Part shown: one piece after another, positions 18,254 to 27,128 of the stretch | How the letters are laid out: each line of letters opens with the position of its first letter | Numbering within the stretch: position 1 is the first letter of the stretch | Assembly: GCA_963805975.1 (NCBI GenBank) | Contig: CAWDVR010000002.1 | Location: forward strand, 512,001-576,000 | Reading direction: 5' to 3' | DNA length: 64,000 bases | Source: an uncultured Acidobacteriota bacterium | GTDB taxonomy: Bacteria > Acidobacteriota > Thermoanaerobaculia > Multivoradales > SZUA-115 | Position numbers and translations under genes: made by a program | Notes under the pieces: generated by a model | What the model saw: only the letters and a program-made list of their open reading frames with translations | What the model was told of the DNA's origin: nothing | The model's database searches: none

Positions 18254-20095
18254 ATGCGAAAAGTCGCGAGCGTCCCGCCGGAGATCTCTCCGAGCCGCTA
18301 TATCGAGAAGGTGAGCCTGGCGACCGACGAGGCCATGGACGTCGAGATCCTGCCGCAGCAGCTCCTGGTCCACCAGCACCGCGACTACCACCCGGTCGAC
18401 GTCCAGGCGCGGCGGCTGATGAGCCGCCTGGTGCGCTCGACCGGCGACGAGCAGCATGCGCGCCAGCGTATGAAGGAGATCCGCAACCTCGGGCACCGCG
18501 CGTCGGAGGTGATCGGCAAGGCCGTGGGCTCCGATCCGGCCAAGGTCGCCCGCACCCTCTTCGGCCTCAAGAATCGCGAGTACTACTTCCGCTACAAGCA
18601 GCACCCTCACACCCACGAGGAGATCGAGGCCAAGATCGAGGCGCTCAAGAAGGAGGCCTTCGCCAGGCTCGCCGCCGTCACTCACGAGGGGCGCCTCCGC
18701 CTGCGGGTGCTGCTGACCGGCGGCACCGGCTTCGTGGGCAAGGAGGTGCTGTGGCAGGCGGCGCACGACGACGACATCGCCGAGATGGTGGTGCTGATCC
18801 GGCCGAAGACGATCGTCGACCGCAAGAGCGGCGAGGTGAAGGGAGTGGTCACCCCTGCGGAGCGCGGCGAGGAGCTCCTCTCCCAGCTCTGGCTCGAGGC
18901 GCCCGAGGCGCGCCAGAAGTTCCGCTTCCTGGCCGGCGACGTCGAAGAGCCCGGCATGGGGCTCGCTCCCTTCGAGATCGAAACGCTCGCGGCGACCCTC
19001 ACCCACGTCATCCACTGCGCGGCGAGCGTCTCCTTCGACGATCCCTACGAAGAGTCCTTCCGCGCCAACGTCACCGGCACGCTCAACGCGCTCGAGTTCT
19101 CGCTCGGCCTGCAGCAGACGCCGGGGAGCCCGTTCGTCGCCCACCTCGCCATCGAGACCTCCTACATCCACGGCCGGCAGGCGCACGACCTGGCACGCGA
19201 GGACCAGATCGTCTTCCCCCGCAACTTCTACAACAACTACTACGAGCTGACCAAGGCCATGGCCTCGCTCGAGACCGAGCGCTTCCTGCTCGAGCGCGGC
19301 CTGCGCGTGGTGCAGCTCTGCCCGGCGATCGTGATCGGCGAGTCCCGCGCCGGCAACAACCGCGGCGACACCAAGGTGGTCAACGCGCCGGTAAACGTCT
19401 TCGGCCGCGCCCACCAGGCCCTGTCGCAGCTCACCGGCACCTGGGTGGAGCGCTCCTCGGCCACGGTGCTCGCCAAGATGGCGACCGTGTTCCCCGGCGA
19501 CCCTTCCGCCGAGCTCAACCTGATCCCGGTCGACTGGGTGGTGGACGGGATCGTGGCCGCCCTGAAGCGTCCGCAGGCGACCGGCGAGCGCATCCATCTC
19601 GCGACCGACAACCGCCTCACCTCGCAGCAGATCCGCGACACCGTGCACGAAGAGCTGGGGGTCGAGGTGCGCCTGGCCGAGCCCACCCTGCACCGGAACG
19701 TCACTCTCCCCGTGCTCTCCAAGGTGCTCACCCGTTTCAAGCAGGAGCGCCTGGCCGGGGCGCTCGAGAAGCTCGGCACCATCTTCGGCGGCTACTCCGA
19801 GTGGGGCCAGCCGGTGCACGAGGTGGGAAACGACGTTCGCGTTCTGGGCCTGCCGCTGCCGCGCCCGAACACCCTCTTCGCCTTCCGCATGCTCTGCCGC
19901 CACAACCGCTACGTGCAGAACTACGGGCAGGTCAAGGACCTGAACGAGATCTCCCGGCGCGAGAAGGTGTGGTGGGAGCTCGTCCACCAGCTCGAGACCG
20001 CAACCGGCGGGCCGGTGGGCGCGATGGGGGCGGAGGAGTTCCGGAAGGAATTGGGTGAGAGGGTGGACCTCGAGAAGTTCGTGCTCGTGAGCTGA
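18254..20095 (+). CDS. Extended SDR / fatty acyl-CoA reductase-like (NAD_binding_4) protein with an N-terminal extension of about 150 aa
   Basis: VLLTGGTGFVGK, VIHCAASVSFD, NVTGT, YELTK (YxxxK), LNLIPVDWV. Confidence 0.85.
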   Translation: MRKVASVPPEISPSRYIEKVSLATDEAMDVEILPQQLLVHQHRDYHPVDVQARRLMSRLVRSTGDEQHARQRMKEIRNLGHRASEVIGKAVGSDPAKVARTLFGLKNREYYFRYKQHPHTHEEIEAKIEALKKEAFARLAAVTHEGRLRLRVLLTGGTGFVGKEVLWQAAHDDDIAEMVVLIRPKTIVDRKSGEVKGVVTPAERGEELLSQLWLEAPEARQKFRFLAGDVEEPGMGLAPFEIETLAATLTHVIHCAASVSFDDPYEESFRANVTGTLNALEFSLGLQQTPGSPFVAHLAIETSYIHGRQAHDLAREDQIVFPRNFYNNYYELTKAMASLETERFLLERGLRVVQLCPAIVIGESRAGNNRGDTKVVNAPVNVFGRAHQALSQLTGTWVERSSATVLAKMATVFPGDPSAELNLIPVDWVVDGIVAALKRPQATGERIHLATDNRLTSQQIRDTVHEELGVEVRLAEPTLHRNVTLPVLSKVLTRFKQERLAGALEKLGTIFGGYSEWGQPVHEVGNDVRVLGLPLPRPNTLFAFRMLCRHNRYVQNYGQVKDLNEISRREKVWWELVHQLETATGGPVGAMGAEEFRKELGERVDLEKFVLVS

Positions 20096-20098
20096 GAG

Positions 20099-20193
20099 GC
20101 ACGCAAGCCAGCCAACCCACAGCTCGGGGCCAGTTGGCTTGCGGTGACGTGGAGAGCCAGTGCGGAGAAAGGCCTCTCCGCCGGGTTGCGTGC
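20099..20193. terminator. Structured intergenic element between convergent genes (possible terminator)
   Basis: Hairpin GCGGAGA/TCTCCGC at 20162-20181, CGCAAGCCA/TGGCTTGCG pairing, and terminal GCACGCAA/TTGCGTGC. Confidence 0.4.
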
Positions 20194-20196
20194 TAT

Positions 20197-20784
20197 CTAG
20201 TCGTCGTCGCCGCCGCGCACCTTGACCCAGCCGTACATGCTGTCGTTGACGAAGTGGGGCAGGATGCCGCAGATCACCAGGTAGTCACCGGGCTCGGCGA
20301 AGTTCACGGTCTCGACGCGGTCGCGCGCCACGAGGCTCGGGTCCTGGCCCATGTAGATGCGGCCCGTCGGGTCGTTGATGATCGGGATGCCGGCCGGGGT
20401 TCCGGTCGTCAGCGTGATGAGCGTGGTGTCGATGTCCTCGGGCTCGACGCCGTCTTCGTACACCGCCATCTGGTGGAAGCCGGAGATGATGAAGTCCACC
20501 GAGCCGCCGGCCTCGACCCGGACCTCGAACGGCTGCATCTTGTGGAGGTTCGGCACACCGGCAGAGACGTTGGGGAAGCGGTTGATCGGCGGGTGCGTCA
20601 TCCAGGCCCCGAAGCCGACCGTCACACGATCCTTGAGATCGTTGTCATGGCCGTTCCCATGGCCATTGCCGTGACCGTTGCCGTGGCCGTTCCCATGACC
20701 ATTGCCGGCCACCGCGGACGACGCGACCAGCGCGCCGCAGAAGACGGCTGCACAGAACATCAAGGCCAATTTCCCTAGCTTCAT
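20197..20784 (-). CDS. Secreted cupredoxin-like (type-1 copper) protein with a (GNGH)5 N-terminal repeat
   Basis: GGAGGAG RBS, signal peptide, GFHQ and C-terminal PGDYLVICGILPHFVNDSMYGWVKV (C-x4-H-x5-M). Confidence 0.75.
   Translation of the reverse strand: MKLGKLALMFCAAVFCGALVASSAVAGNGHGNGHGNGHGNGHGNGHDNDLKDRVTVGFGAWMTHPPINRFPNVSAGVPNLHKMQPFEVRVEAGGSVDFIISGFHQMAVYEDGVEPEDIDTTLITLTTGTPAGIPIINDPTGRIYMGQDPSLVARDRVETVNFAEPGDYLVICGILPHFVNDSMYGWVKVRGGDDD
20647..20706 (-). repeat. Five 12-bp units encoding GNGH
   Basis: Visible in both the DNA and the translation GNGHGNGHGNGHGNGHGNGH. Confidence 0.9.
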
Positions 20785-20968
20785 CTTCTCCTCCCGAGTC
20801 TCCGAGGACTCTTCCTGGACGTTGAGATACCTGGTCCGAGCCAAGTTTGCTCACTCGACTCCGAGCAGCCATGACCATATGCACAAGGATGGCGCTCCGT
20901 AACGCCGGATATCTAGTGCGCCTGGCGCGGTGACCTGGGACAAGTCCAGACAGGTGATCGCGTGCGTC

Positions 20969-21310
20969 TCACCCAGGAGGCCAGGGCGAGCAGCGGCAGA
21001 AACGCCGCTCGTCCGCGGAGCACCGCAGCCCGTTGACGGTGCAGTTCCCCCACCCGTCGTTGACCGCGCAGAGCTGGCCGATCACCAGCCCCACGCAGTT
21101 GATGCTGCAGACACCGCAGGGCTCGCCCACCAGCGGTGTAGTGTCTGGAGCGAGGAGGTCAGAGCCGTCCACAGGACCCTCCGTGCAGGGCAGTGCTCCG
21201 GAAGACAGTGAACCCGGAGTCAAGAAGGGCTCCGCGGCCGGGTCCTGGGCAGCGCCCGCCACGGCGGTCATCAGCAAGGCGAAGATCCACAGCGTGATCC
21301 TGGCTCTCAT
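20969..21310 (-). CDS. Small secreted cysteine-rich protein
   Basis: GAGGAG RBS, signal peptide, acidic Pro-rich linker, C-terminal domain with 8 Cys. Confidence 0.75.
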   Translation of the reverse strand: MRARITLWIFALLMTAVAGAAQDPAAEPFLTPGSLSSGALPCTEGPVDGSDLLAPDTTPLVGEPCGVCSINCVGLVIGQLCAVNDGWGNCTVNGLRCSADERRFCRCSPWPPG

Positions 21311-21352
21311 ATCGGGTCTCCTCTCGGAAGGAGTGTGCCCGGGGGTCACCAT

Positions 21353-22897
21353 TCAGGGGCAGGTGTCGAACGCTCCCGTGTCCTGTACCGCCACGAAGGC
21401 CCGGTCGAGCGGGTTCTCGTAGACCCGGGCCAGCCCGGCCTCGGTATCGATCACGGTCAGGCGCAGCTCGACGTTGGTGAGGCCCGCGGCAAACACCCAG
21501 AAGCGCTCGAAGGGCGGCGCGCACGCGTCCCGCACCTTGACGAAAAGCTCCGGGTTTGCGGCGTTGAAGAACCAGAAGTAGCCCGAGTCCGCGGTCAGCG
21601 GCACGGCCTGGCCCGCACCCTGCTGGCCGGCACCCGTGCGCCAGGAAACCTCCACCTGGAAACGGCCATTCACGAGGCAGAGCCTGTTGGGGCCCGGCTG
21701 GCAGCTCGTGGGCAGTGCCGGCCCGTCCAGCCGGTAGAGGCGCCCGCTGCCCACGGCGTAGAGCTCGCCATCCCCGTCCTCGCCGAAGCTGGTCAACCCC
21801 GAGAGCGTCGGCGCCAGATCGAAGCTCTGCCAGGCAGTGCCATGTTTCTCTGCCGCCCACAGCTCGCCGGTGCAGAAATCACCATACAGGTACGAGCCAT
21901 AGAGGCCGGGGATGCGGCTGCCACGGTACACATAGCCGCCGATCACCGAGCAGCCACCGCCGTCGTGGTCGTAGTCGAGGATCGGCGCTTTGTATGCGGG
22001 TGCATTGCAGCCGGGAACGGCTCCCGGGCAGCCGGCGGTCGAGCCCAGGCAGAGGTTGCCTTCCATCATCTTCCAGCCGTAGTTCTCGCCGCCGGCGCTC
22101 GCCCGCGGTTGGAAGCTCACCTCCTCGCGGCTGTTCTGGCCCACGTCGCCGATGAAGAGGTCGCCCCGCAGGCGGTCGAAGGAGAACCGCCACGGGTTGC
22201 GCAGCCCCTTCGCCCAGATCTCGTTCAACGGCGGGCCGGCGCCCCCGAACGGGTTCGACGGTGGGATGCCGTGGTAGGGCGGCTGGTCCACGTTCTGGTT
22301 GACATCGAGCCGCAGCATCTTGCCGAGCAGCGTGTTGTCGCGCTGCGCGTAGCACTCGGGGTCGAAACCGGAGCCGCCATCGCCCATTCCCACATAGAGA
22401 TAGCCGTCCGGCCCGAACTGGAGCTGGCCGCCGTTGTGGTTGGCGTAGGGCTGGGCGATGCGGAGCAGCACGCGCTCACTGTTCTCGAGGGCATCGTTGG
22501 GGTTGCCCGCCGCAACCGAGAAGCGGGAGATCACGGTGTCGCCCCCCAGGTCCGTGTAGTTCGCGTAGAAGAAACCGTTGGCCTGGTAGGAAGGGTGGAA
22601 GGCGACGGAGAGCAGGCCCTGCTCGCTCCCCAGGAGCACCCGGCCGCGGATGTCGAGGAACGGCTGGACCAGGACGGCGGAGCCGTTCCAGATCAGCACC
22701 CTCCCCGCCTGCTCGGTGACGAACAGGCGGCCGTCACGGGCGTGGGTGATCGATACCGGTTGCGCGAGCCCCTGGGCGAGCTGGGTCAGGCTGATGGGGG
22801 GCGGGGCGGCCAGGGCCGGAAGAGCGAGGACTGCTATTGCGAGGCAGAGAGTCACGTGCAGGCGAGAGTGAGCGGAGCTTGGTCCGGGTGTGCGCAT
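21353..22897 (-). CDS. Secreted PQQ-dependent sugar dehydrogenase (GSDH) family protein with an extra C-terminal domain
   Basis: EQGLLSVAFHP, NHNGGQLQFGPDGYLYVGMGDGG, GLRNPWRFSFD, GENYGW; AGGAGG RBS before ATG 22897. Confidence 0.92.
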   Translation of the reverse strand: MRTPGPSSAHSRLHVTLCLAIAVLALPALAAPPPISLTQLAQGLAQPVSITHARDGRLFVTEQAGRVLIWNGSAVLVQPFLDIRGRVLLGSEQGLLSVAFHPSYQANGFFYANYTDLGGDTVISRFSVAAGNPNDALENSERVLLRIAQPYANHNGGQLQFGPDGYLYVGMGDGGSGFDPECYAQRDNTLLGKMLRLDVNQNVDQPPYHGIPPSNPFGGAGPPLNEIWAKGLRNPWRFSFDRLRGDLFIGDVGQNSREEVSFQPRASAGGENYGWKMMEGNLCLGSTAGCPGAVPGCNAPAYKAPILDYDHDGGGCSVIGGYVYRGSRIPGLYGSYLYGDFCTGELWAAEKHGTAWQSFDLAPTLSGLTSFGEDGDGELYAVGSGRLYRLDGPALPTSCQPGPNRLCLVNGRFQVEVSWRTGAGQQGAGQAVPLTADSGYFWFFNAANPELFVKVRDACAPPFERFWVFAAGLTNVELRLTVIDTEAGLARVYENPLDRAFVAVQDTGAFDTCP

Positions 22898-23024
22898 TGG
22901 GCTCCTCCTTTTGCGCATTGTAGAGCGCGTCGCCACGGAGAAGCCGCCGAATACTAGAGAGGGCAGGGCGGCGTGTGCGGAATCCGTCACTGACCCTCAC
23001 TCTGCGGCGCGCACATCTCTCCTC

Positions 23025-23072
23025 TTGACAATCTACAGGAGGGCCCCTAGGCTCTTCTTGTAGATCATCTAG
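23025..23072 (+). promoter_or_regulatory. Sigma-70 promoter with overlapping putative PadR operator
   Basis: TTGACA-N17-TAGGCT; inverted repeat ATCTACAGGA...TCTTGTAGAT and TAGATCATCTA overlapping the promoter and RBS. Confidence 0.7.
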
Positions 23073-23081
23073 AGGAGAGTC

Positions 23082-23414
23082 ATGGCCACAGAAAAGTCCG
23101 ACCTGCTGCAAGGGACGCTGGACCTGTTGATCCTGAAGACCGTGGCTGTGGCGCCTGCCCACGGCTGGGGGATCTCGCAGCGCATCCAGCAGGTGTCGGA
23201 AGACGTCCTCAAGGTCAACCAGGGCTCGCTCTATCCGGCGCTCTACCGCCTGGAGCGGCAGGGCTTGATCAGCGCCGAGTGGGGGGTTTCCGAGAACGGC
23301 AGGCAGGCCAAGTTCTATCGCCTCACCGCCAGCGGTCGCCGCCGGCTCGCACGCGAGGAAGAGAGCTGGCAGCGCCTGGCCGGAGCCGTGGCGCGGGTCC
23401 TTCAGACGGTGTAG
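23082..23414 (+). CDS. PadR-family transcriptional regulator (acidobacterial type)
   Basis: LLQGTLDLLILK, HGWGISQRI, QGSLYPALYRLE, WGVSEN.R.AKFYRLT. Confidence 0.95.
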   Translation: MATEKSDLLQGTLDLLILKTVAVAPAHGWGISQRIQQVSEDVLKVNQGSLYPALYRLERQGLISAEWGVSENGRQAKFYRLTASGRRRLAREEESWQRLAGAVARVLQTV

Positions 23415-23426
23415 GAGAGGACGAAC

Positions 23427-26081
23427 ATGCACCGGCTCAAGCACTGGTTTCCCCGCCTCTGGAACCTCACCCACCGCCGGCAGGTGGAGCGCGAGCTGGC
23501 GGCGGAGATGGACTTCCACCTGGAGATGGAGGCGGCGAGCCTCGCCGCTCGCGGCCTTCCCGCCGAGGAGGCCCACCGCGCCGCCACCCACCGTTTCGGC
23601 GGCGTCGAGACGGCGAAGGACGAGTGCCGGCAGGAGTCGGGAGTCCTCGGCTGGGAGCGGCTGCGCCAGGATCTGCGCTTCACGTTCCGCTCCCTGGTGC
23701 ACAACCCCGGCTTTGCCCTGGCGGTGATCGCCACCCTGGGCCTCGGCATCGGCGCCACGACCTCGATCTTCAGCGTGGTGGAGAGCGTGCTCTTGACGCC
23801 GCTCCCCTATCCGCAGGGCGAGCAGCTCGTGGTGCTCCGCCAGCACGCGCCGGGGCTGGGTATCGAGGACGCGTCGCTGTCGATCCCCGAGCTGGCGGAC
23901 TACCGGGCCGGCGCCCCCGCGCTCAGCGGCCTGGTCGAGTACCACCAGATGTGGTTCAACCTCCTCGGCCGCGGCGAGCCGCGGCGGGTCGAGACCGGCG
24001 TGGTCTCGGCGGAGTACTTCGACCTCTTCGGCATCGAGCCGCTGCTCGGCCGGACGTTCCTCTCCACGGACGAGAGCCCCGGCGCCGAGCCGGTGCTCGT
24101 CCTCTCGCACCGCTTCTGGCAGAGCCAGCTCGGCGGCGATCCGGCGATCGTCGGCAAGACCTTCGAGATGAACGACCGCGTGCACACCGTGGTCGGAGTG
24201 CTGCCGCCGGTGCCGCTCTACCCCCACGAGAACGAGGTCTACATGACGACCTCGGCCTGCCCGTTCCGCTCTAGCCCCGGGCTCGAGCAGAACCGTGAAG
24301 CGCGCGGCTACCGCGCCTTCGGCCGCCTGCGGCCGGGCGTGACGCTGAGCGAAGCCCAGGTCGAGCTCTCGACCGTGGCACGGCGCATGGCTGGCGAGCA
24401 CCCGCAGTCCTACCCCGCCGGCTCGGGCTTCGACGTGCGCACTCTGTCGCTCGCCGGCGAGATCACGCGCCACGGGCGGACCACTTTCCTGCTGCTCCTG
24501 GCGACCGTCGGGCTGCTGCTCGCCACCGCCGCCGCCAACGCCGCCAACCTGATCCTGGCGCGGTTCCTCTCCCGCGACGCCGAGATCGCCCTGCGCTCGG
24601 CCCTGGGCGCCTCGCGGCGCCGCCTGCTGCGCCAGCTCGTCACCGAGACCACGGTGCTGGCGCTCGCCGGCGGAGCGCTCGGCCTCGCCCTCGCCGTGGC
24701 GGGCCGCGGGCTGCTGGTGACCTACGCCAGCCGCTTGACGCCCCGCGCCCAGGAGATCGGCGTCGGGTTGGAGGCCCTGCTCTTCACACTGCTGGTGGCG
24801 ATGGCGACCGGGCTCGTCCTGGGGGCCGTCTGTGCCTGGCAGGTCAGCCGGCGCAACCTTCTCGGCCGCCTCAAGGAAGGCAGCGGCTCGGCGGCGGGCG
24901 CGCGGACCGGCCTGCGCGGCGCGCTGGTCTCCGCACAGCTCGCGGTGGTGGTGATGCTCGCGATCGGCGCCGGGTTGATGACCAAGAGCGTCGTCAGGCT
25001 GCAGGCGGTGGACACCGGCTTCGATGCGCGGCGGGTGGCCACCGCTTCGATCGACCTCGACTGGACGAAGTATCCGGACGGTGCCAGCCGGGTCGGCTTC
25101 TACCAGCGCCTCCTCGCCGAGCTCGAGGCGCGGCCCTGGGTCGAGGCCGTGGCGCTCGCCAGCGAGGTGCCGCTCGGCGGCGACCTGCGCGGCACCGGCC
25201 TCTCGATCGAGGGCCGGCCCGCCGAACCCAACAATCCCGGCAGCCGCAAAGACGTGCGCTCGGTCAGCCCGTCCTACTTCCAGGCCCTCTCCATCCCGTT
25301 GCTGGCCGGGCGCGCTTTTTCTTCGAGCGACGGGCCCGACGCGCCCCTGGTCGCCATCGTCAGCCGTTCGCTCGCCCGACGCTACTGGGGCGAAGGCGAT
25401 CCGCTGGGGGCGCGCATCGTGGTCAGCAGCGAGGGCGATCAGCCCCGCACCATCGTGGGGGTGGTCGGAGACGTGAAGCAGTACGGGCCGGACCGCGAGA
25501 CCCGCGAGGAGGTCTACCTGCCCGTGGCCCAGGAGCCCACCCTCTCCGCCACCCTCATGCTGCGCAGCACGGCGGACCAGGCCCTCGTCGGGCGCGAGGT
25601 GCGCCAGGCGGTCTATCAGCTCGACCCGCAGCAGCCGATCTTCAACCTGCGGACGCTGGAGGCCATGCGGCGGGACTACGTGGCCTCGCCCCAGCTCACC
25701 ACGACGCTCCTCGGCCTGTTCGCGCTGCTGGCGGGCGCCATCACCCTTCTCGGCATGGCCGGCCTGCTGGCGTACTCGGTGCGCCAGCGGCGCCGCGAGA
25801 TCGGCATCCGCATGGCGCTCGGCGCCGAGCAGGCGGGGATCGCCGCCCTGATCCTGCGGCAGGGCCTCACTCTGGTGGCGGTCGGGCTGGTGCTGGGCCT
25901 GGCCGGCGGCCTCGCCACCAGCCGGCTCCTCCGCGGCCTGCTCTTCGCCGTCGAGCCCTACGACCCTGCCACCTACGCCGCCGTGGCGCTGTTGCTGATC
26001 GTTGCCGCCGCCGGCGCCTGCTGGCTGCCGGCACGGCGTGCCGCGGCCATCCAACCCGTCACCGTGCTCAAGGAAGGCTGA
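23427..26081 (+). CDS. ADOP-type duplicated ABC permease (two MacB/FtsX halves)
   Basis: E..FHLE permease-prefix domain, QDLRF..RSL...PGF, two EIxxRxALGA motifs, LPARRAA terminus; no ATPase gene adjacent. Confidence 0.93.
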   Translation: MHRLKHWFPRLWNLTHRRQVERELAAEMDFHLEMEAASLAARGLPAEEAHRAATHRFGGVETAKDECRQESGVLGWERLRQDLRFTFRSLVHNPGFALAVIATLGLGIGATTSIFSVVESVLLTPLPYPQGEQLVVLRQHAPGLGIEDASLSIPELADYRAGAPALSGLVEYHQMWFNLLGRGEPRRVETGVVSAEYFDLFGIEPLLGRTFLSTDESPGAEPVLVLSHRFWQSQLGGDPAIVGKTFEMNDRVHTVVGVLPPVPLYPHENEVYMTTSACPFRSSPGLEQNREARGYRAFGRLRPGVTLSEAQVELSTVARRMAGEHPQSYPAGSGFDVRTLSLAGEITRHGRTTFLLLLATVGLLLATAAANAANLILARFLSRDAEIALRSALGASRRRLLRQLVTETTVLALAGGALGLALAVAGRGLLVTYASRLTPRAQEIGVGLEALLFTLLVAMATGLVLGAVCAWQVSRRNLLGRLKEGSGSAAGARTGLRGALVSAQLAVVVMLAIGAGLMTKSVVRLQAVDTGFDARRVATASIDLDWTKYPDGASRVGFYQRLLAELEARPWVEAVALASEVPLGGDLRGTGLSIEGRPAEPNNPGSRKDVRSVSPSYFQALSIPLLAGRAFSSSDGPDAPLVAIVSRSLARRYWGEGDPLGARIVVSSEGDQPRTIVGVVGDVKQYGPDRETREEVYLPVAQEPTLSATLMLRSTADQALVGREVRQAVYQLDPQQPIFNLRTLEAMRRDYVASPQLTTTLLGLFALLAGAITLLGMAGLLAYSVRQRRREIGIRMALGAEQAGIAALILRQGLTLVAVGLVLGLAGGLATSRLLRGLLFAVEPYDPATYAAVALLLIVAAAGACWLPARRAAAIQPVTVLKEG

Positions 26082-26108
26082 CACCCGGCAACCAGGAGAC
26101 TTTTACTC

Positions 26109-27128
26109 ATGAGACATTTCCGGACCGCTCTGTTCGCCCTGGCTCTCGCCGCCTGCCCCGCCCTGGCCCAGCCCGACACCGGTGCTCTGGCGGTGGCCCT
26201 GAACGGCCTCGACCCCGTCCTGCTGGTCGCCGGCAAGGAGCGGCAGGGCAGCGAGAGCCTCGCCCTGGAGCGCGGCCGCTTCCGCTACCTCTTCGCCACC
26301 GCCGACAACCGCTCCAGGTTCTCGGCCGAGCCGGAGAAGTACGAGATCCAGCGCGGCGGCCAGTGCGCCACCATGCCGCACGCCACCGGCGATCCCAATC
26401 TCTTCGCGGTACACGACCACCGCATCTACGTCTTCGGCAGCCCCGGCTGCCGCCAGAGCTTCCTCGCGGACCCGGCCCGCTACCTTGCCGGCGACGAGCG
26501 GCGGCAGGTCGCCATCCTGGTCTTCGACGGTGTCGAGCTGCTGGACTTCGCCGGGCCCGGCGAAGTGTTCGCCGCCGCCGGCCACGGCCAGGCGTTCGAG
26601 GTCTTCACGGTTGGCGAGACGCGCGCCCCGATCACCAGCCAGGGCTTCGTCCGGGTGACTCCCGAGCACTCGATCGCCGACGCTCCCACACCGGACGTGC
26701 TGGTGATCCCCGGTGGCAGCGTGCGCGCCGTGCTCGGCAGCCCGGCGCTGATGAGCTGGGTCCGGGCAACGGCCGGCAAGGCCACGGTGGTGCTGTCGGT
26801 GTGCAACGGCGCCCTGGTGCTCGCCAGCGCCGGGCTGCTCGACGGCCTCGAGGCCACCACCCACCACGGCTCGATCGACGCCCTGCGCCAGGTCGCGCCC
26901 CGGACCGTGGTCCACACCGACCGGCGCTTCGTCGACAACGGCAAGGTGGTCACCGCGGCCGGCGTCTCGGCGGGCATCGACGCCTCGCTGCACGTGGTCG
27001 GCCGCCTGCTGGCGCCGGCAGAGGCCGAGCGGACCGCGCGCTACATGGAGTACGCCTGGGCTGGTTCCACGGCCGGTGCGTCAGCGCCGCGCCAGGCGCT
27101 CCGGGCCGGCGCGGAGGGCAACCGATGA
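26109..27128 (+). CDS. Secreted YHS-like domain + DJ-1/PfpI fusion
   Basis: GLDPV..G...RYLFA..N..F..EPEKY..GGQC module, then VELLDFAGP, VIPGG, SVCNGA, TAAGVSAGID. Confidence 0.85.
   Translation: MRHFRTALFALALAACPALAQPDTGALAVALNGLDPVLLVAGKERQGSESLALERGRFRYLFATADNRSRFSAEPEKYEIQRGGQCATMPHATGDPNLFAVHDHRIYVFGSPGCRQSFLADPARYLAGDERRQVAILVFDGVELLDFAGPGEVFAAAGHGQAFEVFTVGETRAPITSQGFVRVTPEHSIADAPTPDVLVIPGGSVRAVLGSPALMSWVRATAGKATVVLSVCNGALVLASAGLLDGLEATTHHGSIDALRQVAPRTVVHTDRRFVDNGKVVTAAGVSAGIDASLHVVGRLLAPAEAERTARYMEYAWAGSTAGASAPRQALRAGAEGNR

Noticed and set aside
22734-26084. Very long antisense ORFs (1116 aa here; similarly 8382-11174, 32887-35748, 48906-51779, 58306-60615)
   Set aside because: These are shadow frames of real genes in high-GC DNA, with no recognisable motifs.
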